DNA of 63,322 nucleotides, the filler included, from Octopus bimaculoides (lineage: Eukaryota): assembly GCF_001194135.2 (NCBI RefSeq). It is 5 parts of 5 records of this genome, joined end to end, with 100 filler letters (N's around TTAATTAATTAA, not from the genome) between each part and the next. Parts side by side here need not be neighbours in the genome. Positions count along the whole stretch, not along the records: positions 10,137 to 28,699 come from NC_069003.1; positions 28,800 to 52,662 come from NC_068982.1; 3 more parts are not named here. One strand, 5' to 3'. Shown piece after piece: positions 23,345-36,021 of this stretch. Made by a program: the position numbers and the translations under genes. Numbering within the stretch: the first letter of the stretch is position 1; every line of letters begins with the position of its first letter. The notes under the pieces were generated by a model. That model was given only the letters and a program-made list of their open reading frames with translations. It searched no databases and was not told the origin of the DNA.

Positions 23345-23506
23345 CTGTACATCAAGAGCAAGTCTGCAGAGGTCAACAATTATATCACTACTACCAAGCT
23401 CAACTAGTATCAGAGCCATGGTGCAGTAAAGGGCCTCAAAGTTCTCCACATGGTTTGAGTTCATTTCAATATTTTCATAGAGGTGATGATAAAAATGGTT
23501 GCCATT
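23345..23506 (-). CDS. EFR3: EFR3 exon
   Basis: Acceptor tatttccag|AAT, donor CAG|gtaaat. NGNHFYHHLYENIEMNSNHVENFEALYCTMALILVELGSSDIIVDLCRLALDVQ; 54 codons. Confidence 0.95.
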
Positions 23507-23884
23507 CTGGAAATATAAAACAGTGAGAGATGCTATATAGAACCGATGGAGTACGCAGGACACAGACTCTCTCTCACTCACTCACACATAATCATCATCT
23601 GTTAATGTCAGTTTTCCTTGCTGGTATGGGTTGGACACATGCATTGGACACGGGTTGAACACATGCACTGTAAATGGTGAAAACACTAAGGAAGTCATAG
23701 AGGGCTGAGAGAGAGTAAATGTGAGTTTCTCATGCACACACACACTCATTTTGAGTAAAAATAGTGATAACATTAAGAGTATTATATAGAGCTGAGTGAA
23801 TGGACGATACCCACCTCTCTCTCTCTCTCTCTCTCCAACATACGCACACACATTCAATGTAAGTAAACTTCATAATCATAATGG

Positions 23885-24370
23885 AAGCACATGGCTTAGT
23901 GGTTAAGGTGTTGAACTCAGGATCGTAAGATTGTGGTTTCAATTCTTGGATTGGGCAATGCATTGTTCTTGAGAAGAACACTTCATTCCACATTACCCCA
24001 GTCCACTAAGCAGGCATTCCTAAGACAGGTATTCCTGCGACAGACTAGCTTCCTATCTAGCTGGGAATACATGCACCACAGGAACCAGCCTGATGAGTTT
24101 ATATGACTTGAGAAGGCGTTTTATCTTTTCTGGGATCACATGGCTAAGTGGTTAAGGTGCTGGACTCGTGATCATAAGATTGTGGTTTCGATTCCTGAAC
24201 CGGGCAAAGCGTTGTGTTCTTCAGCAAAACACATCATTTTGTCATTCCAGTCCACTCTCAGCTGGCAAAAATGAGTAATCCTGCAACAGACCAGCATCCC
24301 ATCCAGCGGGGAATATGTACACCACAGAATCTGGGTAACTGACCCTATGAGTCTATGCGAGTCAGGAAGG
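23885..24370 (+). mobile_element. Two head-to-tail tRNA-derived SINEs in an EFR3 intron
   Basis: Heads CACATGGCTTAGTGGTTAAGG (about 23890) and CACATGGCTAAGTGGTTAAGG (about 24137), each with a B box and a similar body. Confidence 0.75.
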
Positions 24371-24420
24371 AGTTTTTTTTGTTTTTTTTTTAAATTCACA
24401 ATCTCCTCTGTCACACTTAC

Positions 24421-24490
24421 CTTCTTCATAAACATGATATCTTGACGTGGGGTGGTTTCAATGGTCAGCTCAGAGAGATCCTTCAACATA
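24421..24490 (-). CDS. EFR3: EFR3 exon
   Basis: Acceptor atttgtccag|T, donor AAG|gtaagt. (C)MLKDLSELTIETTPRQDIMFMKK matches EFR3 RQD..FMKK; phase 2 to 0. Confidence 0.9.
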
Positions 24491-25289
24491 CTGGACAAAT
24501 GAAATATTAAAAAATAAAAAAATATAAAAAAAAAAAAACATTATTCTAGAAAGAAATTTTTTTTGGATGAAAAACAATGGCTCGAATCTTGTATATTTAA
24601 CCCTTTAGCATTTAAACCAGCCAAATCCAGTCAAAATAATCAACCTGCTTTATCTTCAAAAACTGGCTAGATCTGGCCTCTCACACTTACCCTACAATAT
24701 TATTCTAAAAACAAGCAAGCATATCATTGAAATCTCAAAGCTACAAAGTAATGCATGACTAATTCATGTCAGTGTGAATAAAAAAGCCTTACACCTGACT
24801 GAGAAATCAGAGTGGTGAAAGGTTAAGCAACACATTCACTTGAAAGAATGGAAAGAATTTGTCTTGCAAGAAGCAGGAGCTGTTCTTGATGGCTTCAGTG
24901 TCATCTAGATGTCATTGCTTATAGGTGACCTTAAGAAAAGCTTCTTGCATGCCCCAGTTTCACGCGGGGGGGGGGGCGTGCCAGTGCCACACAGGTGGCA
25001 CTTGTACTGTTTCTTAGGGTCACCCTAATACTGACATACACTGGTTGACCGTACAGCCAAATGAACCTTCATAGACGAGAGGTGTACACAGCCATAGGAT
25101 GTTGCCCCCCCCCCCACACACACACACTGCTCAACTCCCTAAAAGCTGTGTGGGATTGTGATGGTTGATGTGAAAGAGTTGAGAAACCCTGAACAACCTC
25201 ACTTGTAAAGTGTGATCTGAGGGAGATTTAACTGCTATTTCTAAAGGTAATATGAAACAGCAAAAGCTCCCGGTTTGGTTTGAGTACAA

Positions 25290-25460
25290 GCAGTGTTTGG
25301 CAGCAGTAGTAGTAATAGTGATGACAGCAGTGTTGGTAATAATATTAATCATAGTGGTGGTGTATGGGACTATATTCGGAGTAGCAGCAGCAGTGGTAGT
25401 AGCAGTAGCAGCAGCAGTGGTAGTGATAGTAGTAGTGCCAGCAGCAGAAGCAGTAGTGTT
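25290..25460. repeat. Degenerate (GCA/GTA/GTG)n trinucleotide repeat in an EFR3 intron
   Basis: gcagtagtagtaatagtg...gcagcagcagtggtagtg; produces low-complexity pseudo-ORFs. Confidence 0.85.
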
Positions 25461-25505
25461 GAAGGAAGGAATGAATAAAGGTAGATGGACAAGAAGGATA
25501 CTCAC

Positions 25506-25678
25506 CAGACGTTTTTCAGCTTCTGAGTGTTTCCATGGCGATCAATGAGGGTGTGGAGGATGTCTTGCACAATGAGGCGCAAAGCAGGCTCCTCAACCTG
25601 TGACATCCTCAACAAGGGGATGAGGAATTCTGGTGGGAAAGCATTCATCATGACAACCGTTTGGTATTTGGTCGCCAC
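25506..25678 (-). CDS. EFR3: EFR3 exon
   Basis: Acceptor ttatttcag|GTG, donor TG|gtgagt. VATKYQTVVMMNAFPPEFLIPLLRMSQVEEPALRLIVQDILHTLIDRHGNTQKLKNV matches EFR3 FL.PLL...L.H.LIDRH.N. Confidence 0.95.
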
Positions 25679-26127
25679 CTGAAATAAGCAGAAATAATGC
25701 TTTATCGCGATTGCTGTTGATTTAGACCAGGGGTTGGTTCTCAACTGGGGTCCATATAAAATTTCTGTGGTCCACAGATGCAATATAGTAAACGGGGGTC
25801 TACAGTAAATTTTCAGGGGTCATGAACAAATTTTGCTCAGACCAGGTGTGCAATAAATTGATTACACCTGCACAACACACAAAATAATTAAGCAATTTTT
25901 ATATGATTCCTAATAATACTCTTTTTTTCTTTCTTTCTTTTACTCTCTTTTACTTGTTTCAGTCATGTGACAATGTTGCTAATGACAATATAACAGCAAC
26001 AACGATGGTGAAGATGACAGGTGATGGAGGGGATGATGATAGCAATCAGTGTGGTGGTGGTGGTGGTGATGAGAATGATGATGATGATGATGATGATGAT
26101 GATAAGCAGGATGTATTACTAACTTAC

Positions 26128-26182
26128 TTTTAATAGAGTCTTCAATAACATGTTCTGTAGTTGAATATCTATTGGCGGAGTC
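26128..26182 (-). CDS. EFR3: EFR3 exon
   Basis: Acceptor ctgttttcag|G, donor AAA|gtaagt. TPPIDIQLQNMLLKTLLK, phase 2 to 0; resembles the EFR3 IQ.MLL.SLL segment. Confidence 0.85.
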
Positions 26183-26255
26183 CTGAAAACAGAAAGAAAA
26201 CATAACCTAAGAGGTAGTTTATACCAAATAAAGAGGATAGAACATAAACTATACA

Positions 26256-26608
26256 GGGTAAAGAGCCCCTTCGGTGATGAATGACCATCGATGGGATTGC
26301 ACTTAGAAAGTCCCCTCCCCCAAGGCACAAGTCTGAGAAAAATTGTTTATGGAAGACCAGCAGTCACCCATGCATACCAGCCTCCCCTCTCCATGCCACC
26401 AATGCTATCCAAGGGAAAGGCAAAGGGGCCAATACAGCTTGGCACCAGTGACATCACAACTCATTTCTACAGGTGAGCAAACTGGAGCAATGTGAAATAA
26501 AGTGTCTTGCTCAAGAACACAGCACATAGCCTAGCCCGGTCAGGGAATTGAACTCACAACCTCATGATTGTAAGCCTAATGCTCTAACCACTGAGCCATG
26601 CACCTTCA
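26256..26608 (-). mobile_element. tRNA-derived SINE (second family)
   Basis: Minus strand TGAAGGTGCATGGCTCAGTGGTTAGAGC...GAGTTCAATTCCC, then a CORE-like TTCTTGAGCAAGACACTTTATTTCAC segment. Confidence 0.8.
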
Positions 26609-26957
26609 GAGAGAACATAACATAAGGGATACTTTATACCAAATAAAGAAGACATAGCATAAACTATATAACAGAGTCTAATCATTCACCACTGGAACCC
26701 ATTAAGTCCATTCACCATTCTTTTATCTCATGAAATTCTACTTTGAAGTAAAAGATTCTGTCTTTGCATCTTTTGCAGAATAAAGGCTGTAACCCAGAGA
26801 TTGTGTAGTGCTGATACTGTTGATCCAACCACAGAACACAATGACACCTTTTTTAAAGTCTAGCCCTTACTCTATCGATCTCTTATGCCAAACTGCAAAG
26901 CTATGGTGATATAAACAAACCAACACTAGATATCAAGCAATGAGCAGGGACAAATAT

Positions 26958-27000
<43 letters not shown>

Positions 27001-27416
27001 TGTCCATGTGTGTGTGTGTGACAGGCTTTTAGTTTCCATCTACCAGACCCACTCATAAAGCTTTGGTTGGCCCAGGACTATTGGAAAAGACACTTGCTCA
27101 AGGTGCCATGCATTGGAACTGAACCAGGAACCATGTGGTTGAGAAGAAAACTTGCTATTGCACAACCACACCTGCACCTATGCAAACTTCTTAAAAATTA
27201 AACAATTAGGAAATGATCTCCATAAATTGAGATCAATAAAAATTTACATGGGAAATACAATGGGAAAGGAGTTTTATATCTCTTGTAAGTACAGAGATAA
27301 TTCTGGATGTGCTTCAGTATAATCAGGCCTTTTAAGTGAAGCATAGACAAACATTCAACTGTCATGCCAAAGATCAACACAAAGGTGAATATATTACTTG
27401 TATGATAAGGTGATTT

Positions 27417-27769
27417 GGTGGAGGCGCAATGGCCCAGTGGTTAGGGCAGTGGACTCGCGGTCATAGGATCGCGGTTTTGATTCCCAGACCGGGCGTTGTG
27501 AGTGTTTATTGAGCGAAAACACCTAAAAGCTCCACGAGGCTCTGGCAGGGGATGGTGGTGAACCCTGCTGTACTCTTCTACCACGACTTTCTCTCACTCT
27601 AACTTCCTGTTTCTGTTGTGCCTATAATTTAAAGGGTCAGCCTTGTCACACTCTGTGTCACGCTGAATATCCCCGAGAACTACGTTAAGGGTACACGTGT
27701 CTGTGGAGTGCTCAGCCACTTGCACGGAACCCTCGACGTCGTAAGCGGCAGAGTGCCAACAACAACAAC
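27417..27769 (+). mobile_element. Full-length tRNA-derived SINE with TSD
   Basis: A box TGGCCCAGTGG, B box GGTTTTGATTCCC, (CAA)n tail; TSD AAGGTGATTT at 27407-27416 and 27770-27779. Confidence 0.9.
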
Positions 27770-27873
27770 AAGGTGATTTAAATTAATGACACTAGAAAAT
27801 TTCCCAGGGGTGCTATCTGCAAGAAAAATATATAGTTATGTGCGATAAGAGATATAAAGAGAGATTCACTTAC

Positions 27874-27970
27874 CCATAGTCTTCATGATTGGTTTTCTGA
27901 GGTAATTTTCCCAATACAAACATCATGGTATCAATCTTTTGGTAATCAGGCAGGTTGTTGGCAAACTCAC
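27874..27970 (-). CDS. EFR3: EFR3 homolog exon (most 5' exon visible)
   Basis: Acceptor cttgttgcag|GT, donor GG|gtaagt. (G)EFANNLPDYQKIDTMMFVLGKLPQKTNHEDY(G) matches the EFR3 NLPDYQ..IMMF..GK motif. Confidence 0.9.
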
Positions 27971-28699
27971 CTGCAACAAGAGTGCCAACATTCCGTTTTA
28001 AACCATACTGTGATCTCCACTATTAGACTCTTTCTATAACTCTCTGTCTCTCATTCACTGGTCATCTCTCTCTCTCCCTCTCTCACCCTCTGTATGTGTA
28101 TACACACACACACACACACACATACATACACATTTGTTTTTTTACTTGTTTCAGTCATTTGACTGCGGCCATGCCGGAGCACCATCTTACAAAGTTTTTC
28201 AGTCAAAGAAATCAACCCTGGAACTTATTCTATCAGTCTCTTTTGCCGAACCGATAAGTTACGGGAACAAGCACAGACACAAAGACACATACACATACAG
28301 ACATACGGGTTTCTTTTAGCTTCTGTCTACCAAATCCACCTCCAAGGCTTTAATTAGGCCAGAATTTTATATATATATATATATGTTCATCCTCTAATTC
28401 CTTATGTACTTTGTACTTCTATATGTAAACCATGTTGGCAAAATAACATAGTCTGCCATGGACACCTGTGCTTTGGTTCTTTCTTTCTTTTTCTTTTCTT
28501 CCTCCCTTTGTCACTTTTGCTATGAATTAAATTAATGAATTCAACGGGATACACCGTCTGCAAGTAGTTGGGTTCAGCATATTATCCTCCATTTTCTAAT
28601 TGTTACACAAATTTTGGGTAAAACCTCCACTTTTACCCGCTCCCATTGATTGCACCTAGTATAGCACTAGCGGAGCAATAATTGGGTACCCTCCCAGCA

Positions 28700-28799
28700 N
28701 NNNNNNNNNNNNNNNNNNNNNNNNNNNNNNNNNNNNNNNNNNNTTAATTAATTAANNNNNNNNNNNNNNNNNNNNNNNNNNNNNNNNNNNNNNNNNNNN
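28700..28799. other. Artificial sequence-joining linker
   Basis: Same N44-TTAATTAATTAA-N44 structure. Confidence 0.95.
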
Positions 28800-30083
28800 A
28801 TTTTTATTTTATCTTATTTTATATTATATATTGTATATTATATTATATTATATATTGTATATATTATATTATATATTGTATATTCCATATTCTATACCCG
28901 ACATTGGTTCTGCAGGAATATAAATAAAACATAAAAAACAGACAGTGTTGGAACTCTTTTAAACAAAATAATCTATTCCTCTATACACAATCATACAAAA
29001 AAACCTCCTTTTTTGTATTTCAAGACATATAAAGGGAGGTAGTCTGGCCGTGTTAGCTGTGTCGAGTAGCAATCGAGTAGCTCTTGAGTAGCTGTTGTGT
29101 AGCGGGTGAGTAGAGATCATCCGAAGGTGTTAAATAGCACTAGCATTGAGATCTAACAGTATGGAAGGTTGTTTGTACATAATGGAGTATTTATGGAAAT
29201 TGTCCCTATGACAACAACTACCTCTTGGTTAACATTTTAAGAAAGTGGCGACTGATGTTTCTGATGTGATCTATTTTAAATTGCATTCTATTAATCCAAA
29301 CCCGAAGAGAAAGAATTAATTAATATGTTGTCTACTAGTCATAATAATTAGTCTAATACTGTATAGCAAACCAGTTGTTCTGAAGCTGGAATATGAACAA
29401 ATTATAATTAAATGCACAAACAGCATCATAATTGACCAGCCCAATGTGAAAAAAGTAACTGAACATTATAACTAAAAGAAAACTATTGAGAATAGTATCC
29501 AGAAAATGTATCAACATTTTAGTGACGAATTAGTTTTCGTAACAGTATACCCGTATAATCACCAAATAACTAACAAGTATACTAATGTAGAGATAGTTAA
29601 ACGTCACTTAAAGTTGATAGTAGTAGGAATGCATAAAACAATATTAGAAGACAAATACATAAATTTACACGCGAAATGAGACTTCGAAATAGAAAACCGA
29701 TAATGCAAATAGAAGAGATGATAACGCAAATGCAAGCCGCTGCGAAGACGATGAACTTAATGCAACAAATATGAAATCAAAGCAACTATTAGCGCTGAAA
29801 ACAGAAATAGATAATACAGGTCCAAGGCAAAATGAGTCAAAAAATACACAAAATGAAACACGAAACAATATTTTCTATGTTGTACCATAAATATACCGAC
29901 GTACATATTGATTCCTACCACTGTAGAGAGAGCTCAAATTTCTGAGATAATTAGATAATATTCTGTTACTATTTTATCGATTTCTATAAGTCAAATAGAT
30001 ATTTCACGCTATTTTACGCAACAACGATAAATATAAAACATAACAGAAAATTATGCTTATTTATGTGTATATTAGTGTTTATA

Positions 30084-30119
<36 letters not shown>

Positions 30120-30222
30120 CGTGTGTGTGTATATATATATACATATGTATATATATATGTGTATATATACATGNNNNNNNNNNTGTATATATACATGTAT
30201 ATATATATACACATATACATGA

Positions 30223-30264
<42 letters not shown>

Positions 30265-30415
30265 ATACGTATAAACGTGCTATATATGATTTTGTATATA
30301 CATAAACATATATAAGTATGTATGTATGCATGTATGTATATATATATGTATGTATGTATGTATATATGTATGTGTATGTGTATGTCTGTGTTATTAAACA
30401 GAAAATGTTGCAACA

Positions 30416-31800
30416 TATTCAGGGTGGAGCAGAGAGGACAGACATTTTTGAAAAATTCACAAANNNNNNNNNNNNNNNNNNNNNNNNNNNNNNNNNNNNN
30501 NNNNNNNNNNNNNNNNNNNNNNNNNNNNNNNNNNNNNNNNNNNNNNNNNNNNNNNNNNNNNNNNNNNNNNNNNNNNNNNNNNNNNNNNNNNNNNNNNNNN
30601 NNNNNNNNNNNNNNNNNNNNNNNNNNNNNNNNNNNNNNNNNNNNNNNNNNNNNNNNNNNNNNNNNNNNNNNNNNNNNNNNNNNNNNNNNNNNNNNNNNNN
30701 NNNNNNNNNNNNNNNNNNNNNNNNNNNNNNNNNNNNNNNNNNNNNNNNNNNNNNNNNNNNNNNNNNNNNNNNNNNNNNNNNNNNNNNNNNNNNNNNNNNN
30801 NNNNNNNNNNNNNNNNNNNNNNNNNNNNNNNNNNNNNNNNNNNNNNNNNNNNNNNNNNNNNNNNNNNNNNNNNNNNNNNNNNNNNNNNNNNNNNNNNNNN
30901 NNNNNNNNNNNNNNNNNNNNNNNNNNNNNNNNNNNNNNNNNNNNNNNNNNNNNNNNNNNNNNNNNNNNNNNNNNNNNNNNNNNNNNNNNNNNNNNNNAAA
31001 GGAGTTTTTTTATCATCTCGATATAATGCTCAGAGTTCACAGTAACAACATTTCCATTATTGTCCTCAAAAAACTAACAACCAATGGCGGCTGCTTTTCC
31101 AACAGCACACCAGACTGCAACTTTTGGAATGGGCAGTCGTTTTTCATGCAATTCTCTCCGATTTTCAAGTGCGCAATAACTGCAGTTCTATTGATTAACC
31201 ATGCCATTGAGATGAAAATGATCTTCAGCACTCAGTAACAAAATGAGCCTGTCATTTGCCTCAAAAATTAGATCCATCTGACGTGCGAAGTTAAGCCGCT
31301 GTGCATAGTCTCATAGTTTCCATTGTTGCCCAATGACCAACCAACTTGTACGGGTGAAAATGCAGCTCTGCAATGAAAATACGATGTACCGATCGATTAC
31401 TGATGCCAAGTTCAATGGAATGCCTCCGAGCAGTACGATTCGGACTCTGTATGAAAGCTTGTGTCACGCGTTCCACAATTGCCGGTGTTGTGCCGATCGT
31501 GGGGCATCCACCATTCTCCTATTCATTATACCGTATGTACTTTATGTAGGAAATGCATTCCCCCAACGTAAGATTGTGCTACGTGTGGGGAGAGCCTGAT
31601 TTTGGTGAATGTTGAAGTGGCACCGAAAATCACGCTGAACGGTTGTGTCAGACTCGTTATTCTTCATGTAACTGTCGTAAGCAAACATGCGGTGCTTTTC
31701 GTGCATAGCGCCATGGCTTCAACTGAAATGAACAATAAATGCTGAGACACCACGGACCGAATGGTAACTGTCAGACATATGTCCCTCCACCTGGGGCTGA
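30416..31800 (-). mobile_element. Tc1/mariner-superfamily transposase relic (rosa/maT-like)
   Basis: Minus frames: HRMFAYDSYMKNNES, SPNRTARRHSIELGIS, HFHPYKL, HFHLNGMVN, VWCAVG, FFEDNNGNVVTVNSEHYIEM. TIR-like TATTCAGGGTG at 30416; 3' part is in a gap. Confidence 0.8.
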
Positions 31801-32169
31801 ATAATAGCACTTTCAAAAACACCCTTCCTCTTCACTCCACACAGTATTTATACAGCTAAATACTGTACGGATCTGTCCTGGGAGCGAACATCTTATAAAC
31901 TTCTTAACTACTTATCTTCTAGTGAACCTACATATGTCACACATATTTTCTAAATATTCATATGAGCATTGCACGTTCAGTATTCATACCTGAATATGAA
32001 CGGATTCTTCTTTAGGCTTCTACTATAGATTACGTTACTCTGTTCTTATTCCCATGACATCTCTCAAACGAATGACATCAAGTTGGAAGGTTTGTTTTCT
32101 TCTTAAGTTCACTACACATTTGAGGGTTACATAAACCATTGGACAGAGTTTCCCCGATGTAAACCTTCG

Positions 32170-32278
32170 TTATTGGGCCAGGGGGAAGGTTTCAATGCTG
32201 AAGGCACGAAATGAAATTTCGGGTGATTGGGAAGGTCTTTGTGGGTCAGGCACAGGAAAATCTTCATCTGAAAACCAC
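32170..32278 (-). CDS. Possible terminal exon of an unidentified gene
   Basis: Acceptor ttttcaaaacag|G, then WFSDEDFPVPDPQRPSQSPEISFRAFSIETFPLAQ-TAA in locally GC-richer DNA. No homolog recognised. Confidence 0.3.
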
Positions 32279-34140
32279 CTGTTTTGAAAATATGTGTTGT
32301 ATCAATTGTAACATCTTTGTGTAAGTATAATATGTAAGAGTCATTGATGCGATGCGCAATGTGTTATTAAGCATACAATTCTCATTCACGGCTTATCTTT
32401 TAATCCCAAACGGCAATGTTTTATTTTCCTCATCATAACTGAAGTGAGATAACGAGTCAATTGGATTCATTAAAACGTTTAATCCTGCTCCTGCCATTAC
32501 GTATTCTTAATCTGTAATATATTCATAAGGTAAATAGAATATCGTCGGAAAATTAATCTACTTCGTCTGCAGTTCAAGATTGTTGCATATAATAGTGAGC
32601 ATTAAGTAGTAAAAGCTCTTATGTCATTTATGTCTATCTACGAAACAAATTGCTGTTATGAATGACGTTTGGAACAATGACAACGACTATGGTTTCCTTA
32701 GTTCAACATAATCGGTAAAGTAAAGACATCATATACTCATTCCTTCATATCACGCAAAATATTTATTAAAATTAATATTATATCTGTAGAGGGCAATCAT
32801 CTAAATGTTGCATTGTTTATTGGACAGTATTTAAAAAAAAATATTGGTAATTTCAGAAAAAAGGCATTCTAATATTTACGCACACAAATGAAATCTCACA
32901 TTTTATAAATATTCATAAGGAAAAAGGTTTTAAAACACGCACGGAACAATATATACGTTTGTATGTGAGTGCGTGTGTGTGTGTGTGTGTGTGNNNNNNN
33001 NNNNNNNNNNNNNNNNNNNNNNNNNNNNNNNNNNNNNNNNNNNNNNNNNNNNNNNNNNNNNNNNNNNNNNNNNNNNNNNNNNNNNNNNNNNNNNNNNNNN
33101 NNNNNNNNNNNNNNNNNNNNNNNNNNNNNNNNNNNNNNNNNNNNNNNNNNNNNNNNNNNNNNNNNNNNNNNNNNNNNNNNNNNNNNNNNNNNNNNNNNNN
33201 NNNNNNNNNNNNNNNNNNNNNNNNNNNNNNNNNNNNNNNNNNNNNNNNNNNNNNNNNNNNNNNNNNNNNNNNNNNNNNNNNNNNNNNNNNNNNNNNNNNN
33301 NNNNNNNNNNNNNNNNNNNNNNNNNNNNNNNNNNNNNNNNNNNNNNNNNNNNNNNNNNNNNNNNNNNNNNNNNNNNNNNNNNNNNNNNNNNNNNNNNNNN
33401 NNNNNNNNNNNNTATATGTATATATAGGGGGGATTCACAAAAAAAAATTACAAAAGACGAAGACAGGTGGTGTAAACAACAAACAGGTGCATTAGTTTAA
33501 CGCTCGCGAAGCGAAAAATGCTTCAATGTTTCGAGCCTACGCTCTTCCACGGGAAGGAACACAGAAAGAAACAAGGAGAGAAAATATAAAAAATATATAT
33601 ATGTATACAAACACAAATATATACGCATATACATACATACATACATATATGTGAGTGACTGAGTGTGTGAGTGTGTGTGTGTGTGTGTGTGCTGCGTGTG
33701 TGTGCGTGTGTGTGTGTATCACTCAGGAGATATCCGTATTTTTTCAGTCGTGTCTATGGACGTTAAGTGATCAAATAAATATATTCGCATCTCGAATCTC
33801 TATATTGTTCATGGCCTTTACACTCCTCGCGTAATAATTACTTAGGTTGACTATCTTGGATTTCAGCTGCATATAACTCTAGTTCATACTTCTCTGTAAT
33901 GTATTACTTTGGGTTATGGTAGTCGGGTCCATTACGTAATCTTACCCGTATGTTGCACTAAAATAAACACACATTTTATACATTTATATGCGCATATATA
34001 AATGAATGTGTTTATACATATGCGTAAGTTTAGTGATACAAACAGGAAAATAATACTCACCGTACATAAAACAATTAGACGCATAAAAATAGATACATAG
34101 ATAGATACATAGATATATACATACATGCATAATCATTTGG

Positions 34141-34473
34141 GAAACAATGGCTTGAGATAGAAAGGAGAACCTGTGGACATCAGCTGCACAGTAGATGTTA
34201 ACATAAAGCTAAAGATCAGCGATAAAGAAAATTACTTATCCTGAACTATTGAGAAATTTGCAGTTACTCTATTCAAAGTGCAAATTCAGGTTTATACCTG
34301 TAATTATTGGGGAACTGGGACATGTAACACATTGGCTACATACCAAACATTACATATTAAGCATCGCAAAACCATAAAGGAGAAAGCTGATTCGAAGACT
34401 ACAAATCCAAGCAATCACTCGAACTGTAAAAATCTATAAAACTTTCCAGAAGTTTATCATTTCGTATGTATGA
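34141..34473 (+). mobile_element. 3' end of a LINE with a restriction-like endonuclease (R4/Dong-like)
   Basis: VDISCTVDVNI...ENY, LRNLQLLY.KCKFRFIPVIIGELG, KLIRRLQIQAITRTVKIYKTFQKF*; frameshifted. Confidence 0.65.
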
Positions 34474-35965
34474 ACACGGCTAGATATGGAAGTATATGCA
34501 TGAGAATGCAAACATGAAACAAAACATACAAATCTGGATATATACACAGATACAAGCATGGACATATACATACACACCCTATTCATGTTGAAATTCCAAT
34601 GACAGTTACGTGAAGAAAAATGTCATACATACATAAATACACACATACATACCTCTATGTGTTAGGTCTTACAAGAGTGGAATGTTTTTACTTGGCTTTT
34701 AGATAATGCAATTTTGCAAATTTTATTATATTATTAACATTTGATAAATGTACGGAAGATATTATTATGTTTAATAATAATTCATTCAGGAATACCTTCT
34801 TTCTTTCAGTGGTGCAAGTGCTTCATTCAACATTGCTCTACATTTTCTTTTTCACATGTATTCGCCGAATTTCATACATTCTGTATTGCGAGATGTATCA
34901 TATTACTGATATTATTCGTTGATAAACTGTGGTTTTGTGTGTTCATCTTCTGTATGTCCTATTATTGAGAAGCACTTTTCTTTGGAGAATGTGTCCATAC
35001 CTTATAGATACATTATGGATCCTCCGTCGAATGACCACTGGTTTCCGTAAACATCATGTATAACGTGTATAGCTGATTAATTCTGTAAAAGAAAACTCCT
35101 TCGTGAACATCTTGTAATTTATGTTTACTCAAGCTTCCTAAACTTCCATAATATGCCAAACTGTTGCTAAACTCCACCAAACCTTCCCACGTTTACATCC
35201 AAGCGTATGATCGAATAATTCCTGTCAGACGCACGGCGGATACGACTTCTATTATTTGTGCAATTAAACAGATAGAAATCTAGTTTCCACTTATGAGGAA
35301 AGCCGCATGCCTACATTCCAAATATGTTCTTCCAACCTATTTAATGTTATCTATTGCATTAATTCGTTTCATCTACACTCATAATGTAATCAGATTTAAA
35401 TATTAGATGACTGAAGATATTCTTCGTTCTATACAGTTTAAAATTTCTTTTAGAGTTCCGTTTTATTTAATTAACAACTTGAAGTTTTGTTTACAGTGAA
35501 CCTACCTACCTCAGTATTCTTCAGGTTTAGTGACTGTTTGAATAGTTGATAATTAGTTATTCACTGCTAAACTTGTAAGCGCGTAGTTTTGCTGCCAACA
35601 ACAATATCATACTACAATTTCTTGCTACGTCCCATATTATATAGCAAAGAAAATTTCGCAGAATCTGAACCATCGTATTACTTTATTAAAAGCATGTAAT
35701 GTTTACGAAATCCATGCACTGAAGCTTGCGTTTCACAGCTCGATTTTCCTGAATGTGCATTAAATATGTTGCACAACGCAACTAAGATATAACCACAAAT
35801 TTCAGAAACGATTGTGCTCTTGTGCAATCATCATCAATTTCAGTCCTATATTTAATTCCATTTAAGATAAATGTGTTGTTTCATTCTAATTAACTTCACT
35901 TTCAAAGCATACTTAAATGTGTCAAGTTAAAATGTGTGATGACAAGCTTATGAATTAAATTCATA

Positions 35966-36021
<56 letters not shown>

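Noticed and set aside
25131-25548. Hydrophobic or Thr/Ala-rich ORFs resembling TM or mucin segments
   Set aside because: They are translations of an intronic trinucleotide repeat.
27417-27500. tRNA gene candidates at SINE heads
   Set aside because: A/B boxes are present but run into SINE bodies with tails and TSDs; no complete cloverleaf was found.
29020-29880. Possible LINE 5' UTR/ORF1 relic (GAGTAGC repeats, A-rich coding-like strand)
   Set aside because: Multiple stops and no diagnostic motif; cannot be supported without a search.
31850-32169. SECIS candidate downstream of the 32170 stop
   Set aside because: The best ATGA...AA...GA arrangement gives a helix II of only about 7 bp and no helix I.
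33515-33560. Minus-strand GTGGAAGA-GCGTAGGCTC-GAAAC as a working hammerhead
   Set aside because: CUGA is not conserved and helices I and III do not form; at most a relic. The same applies to about 55935-55965.
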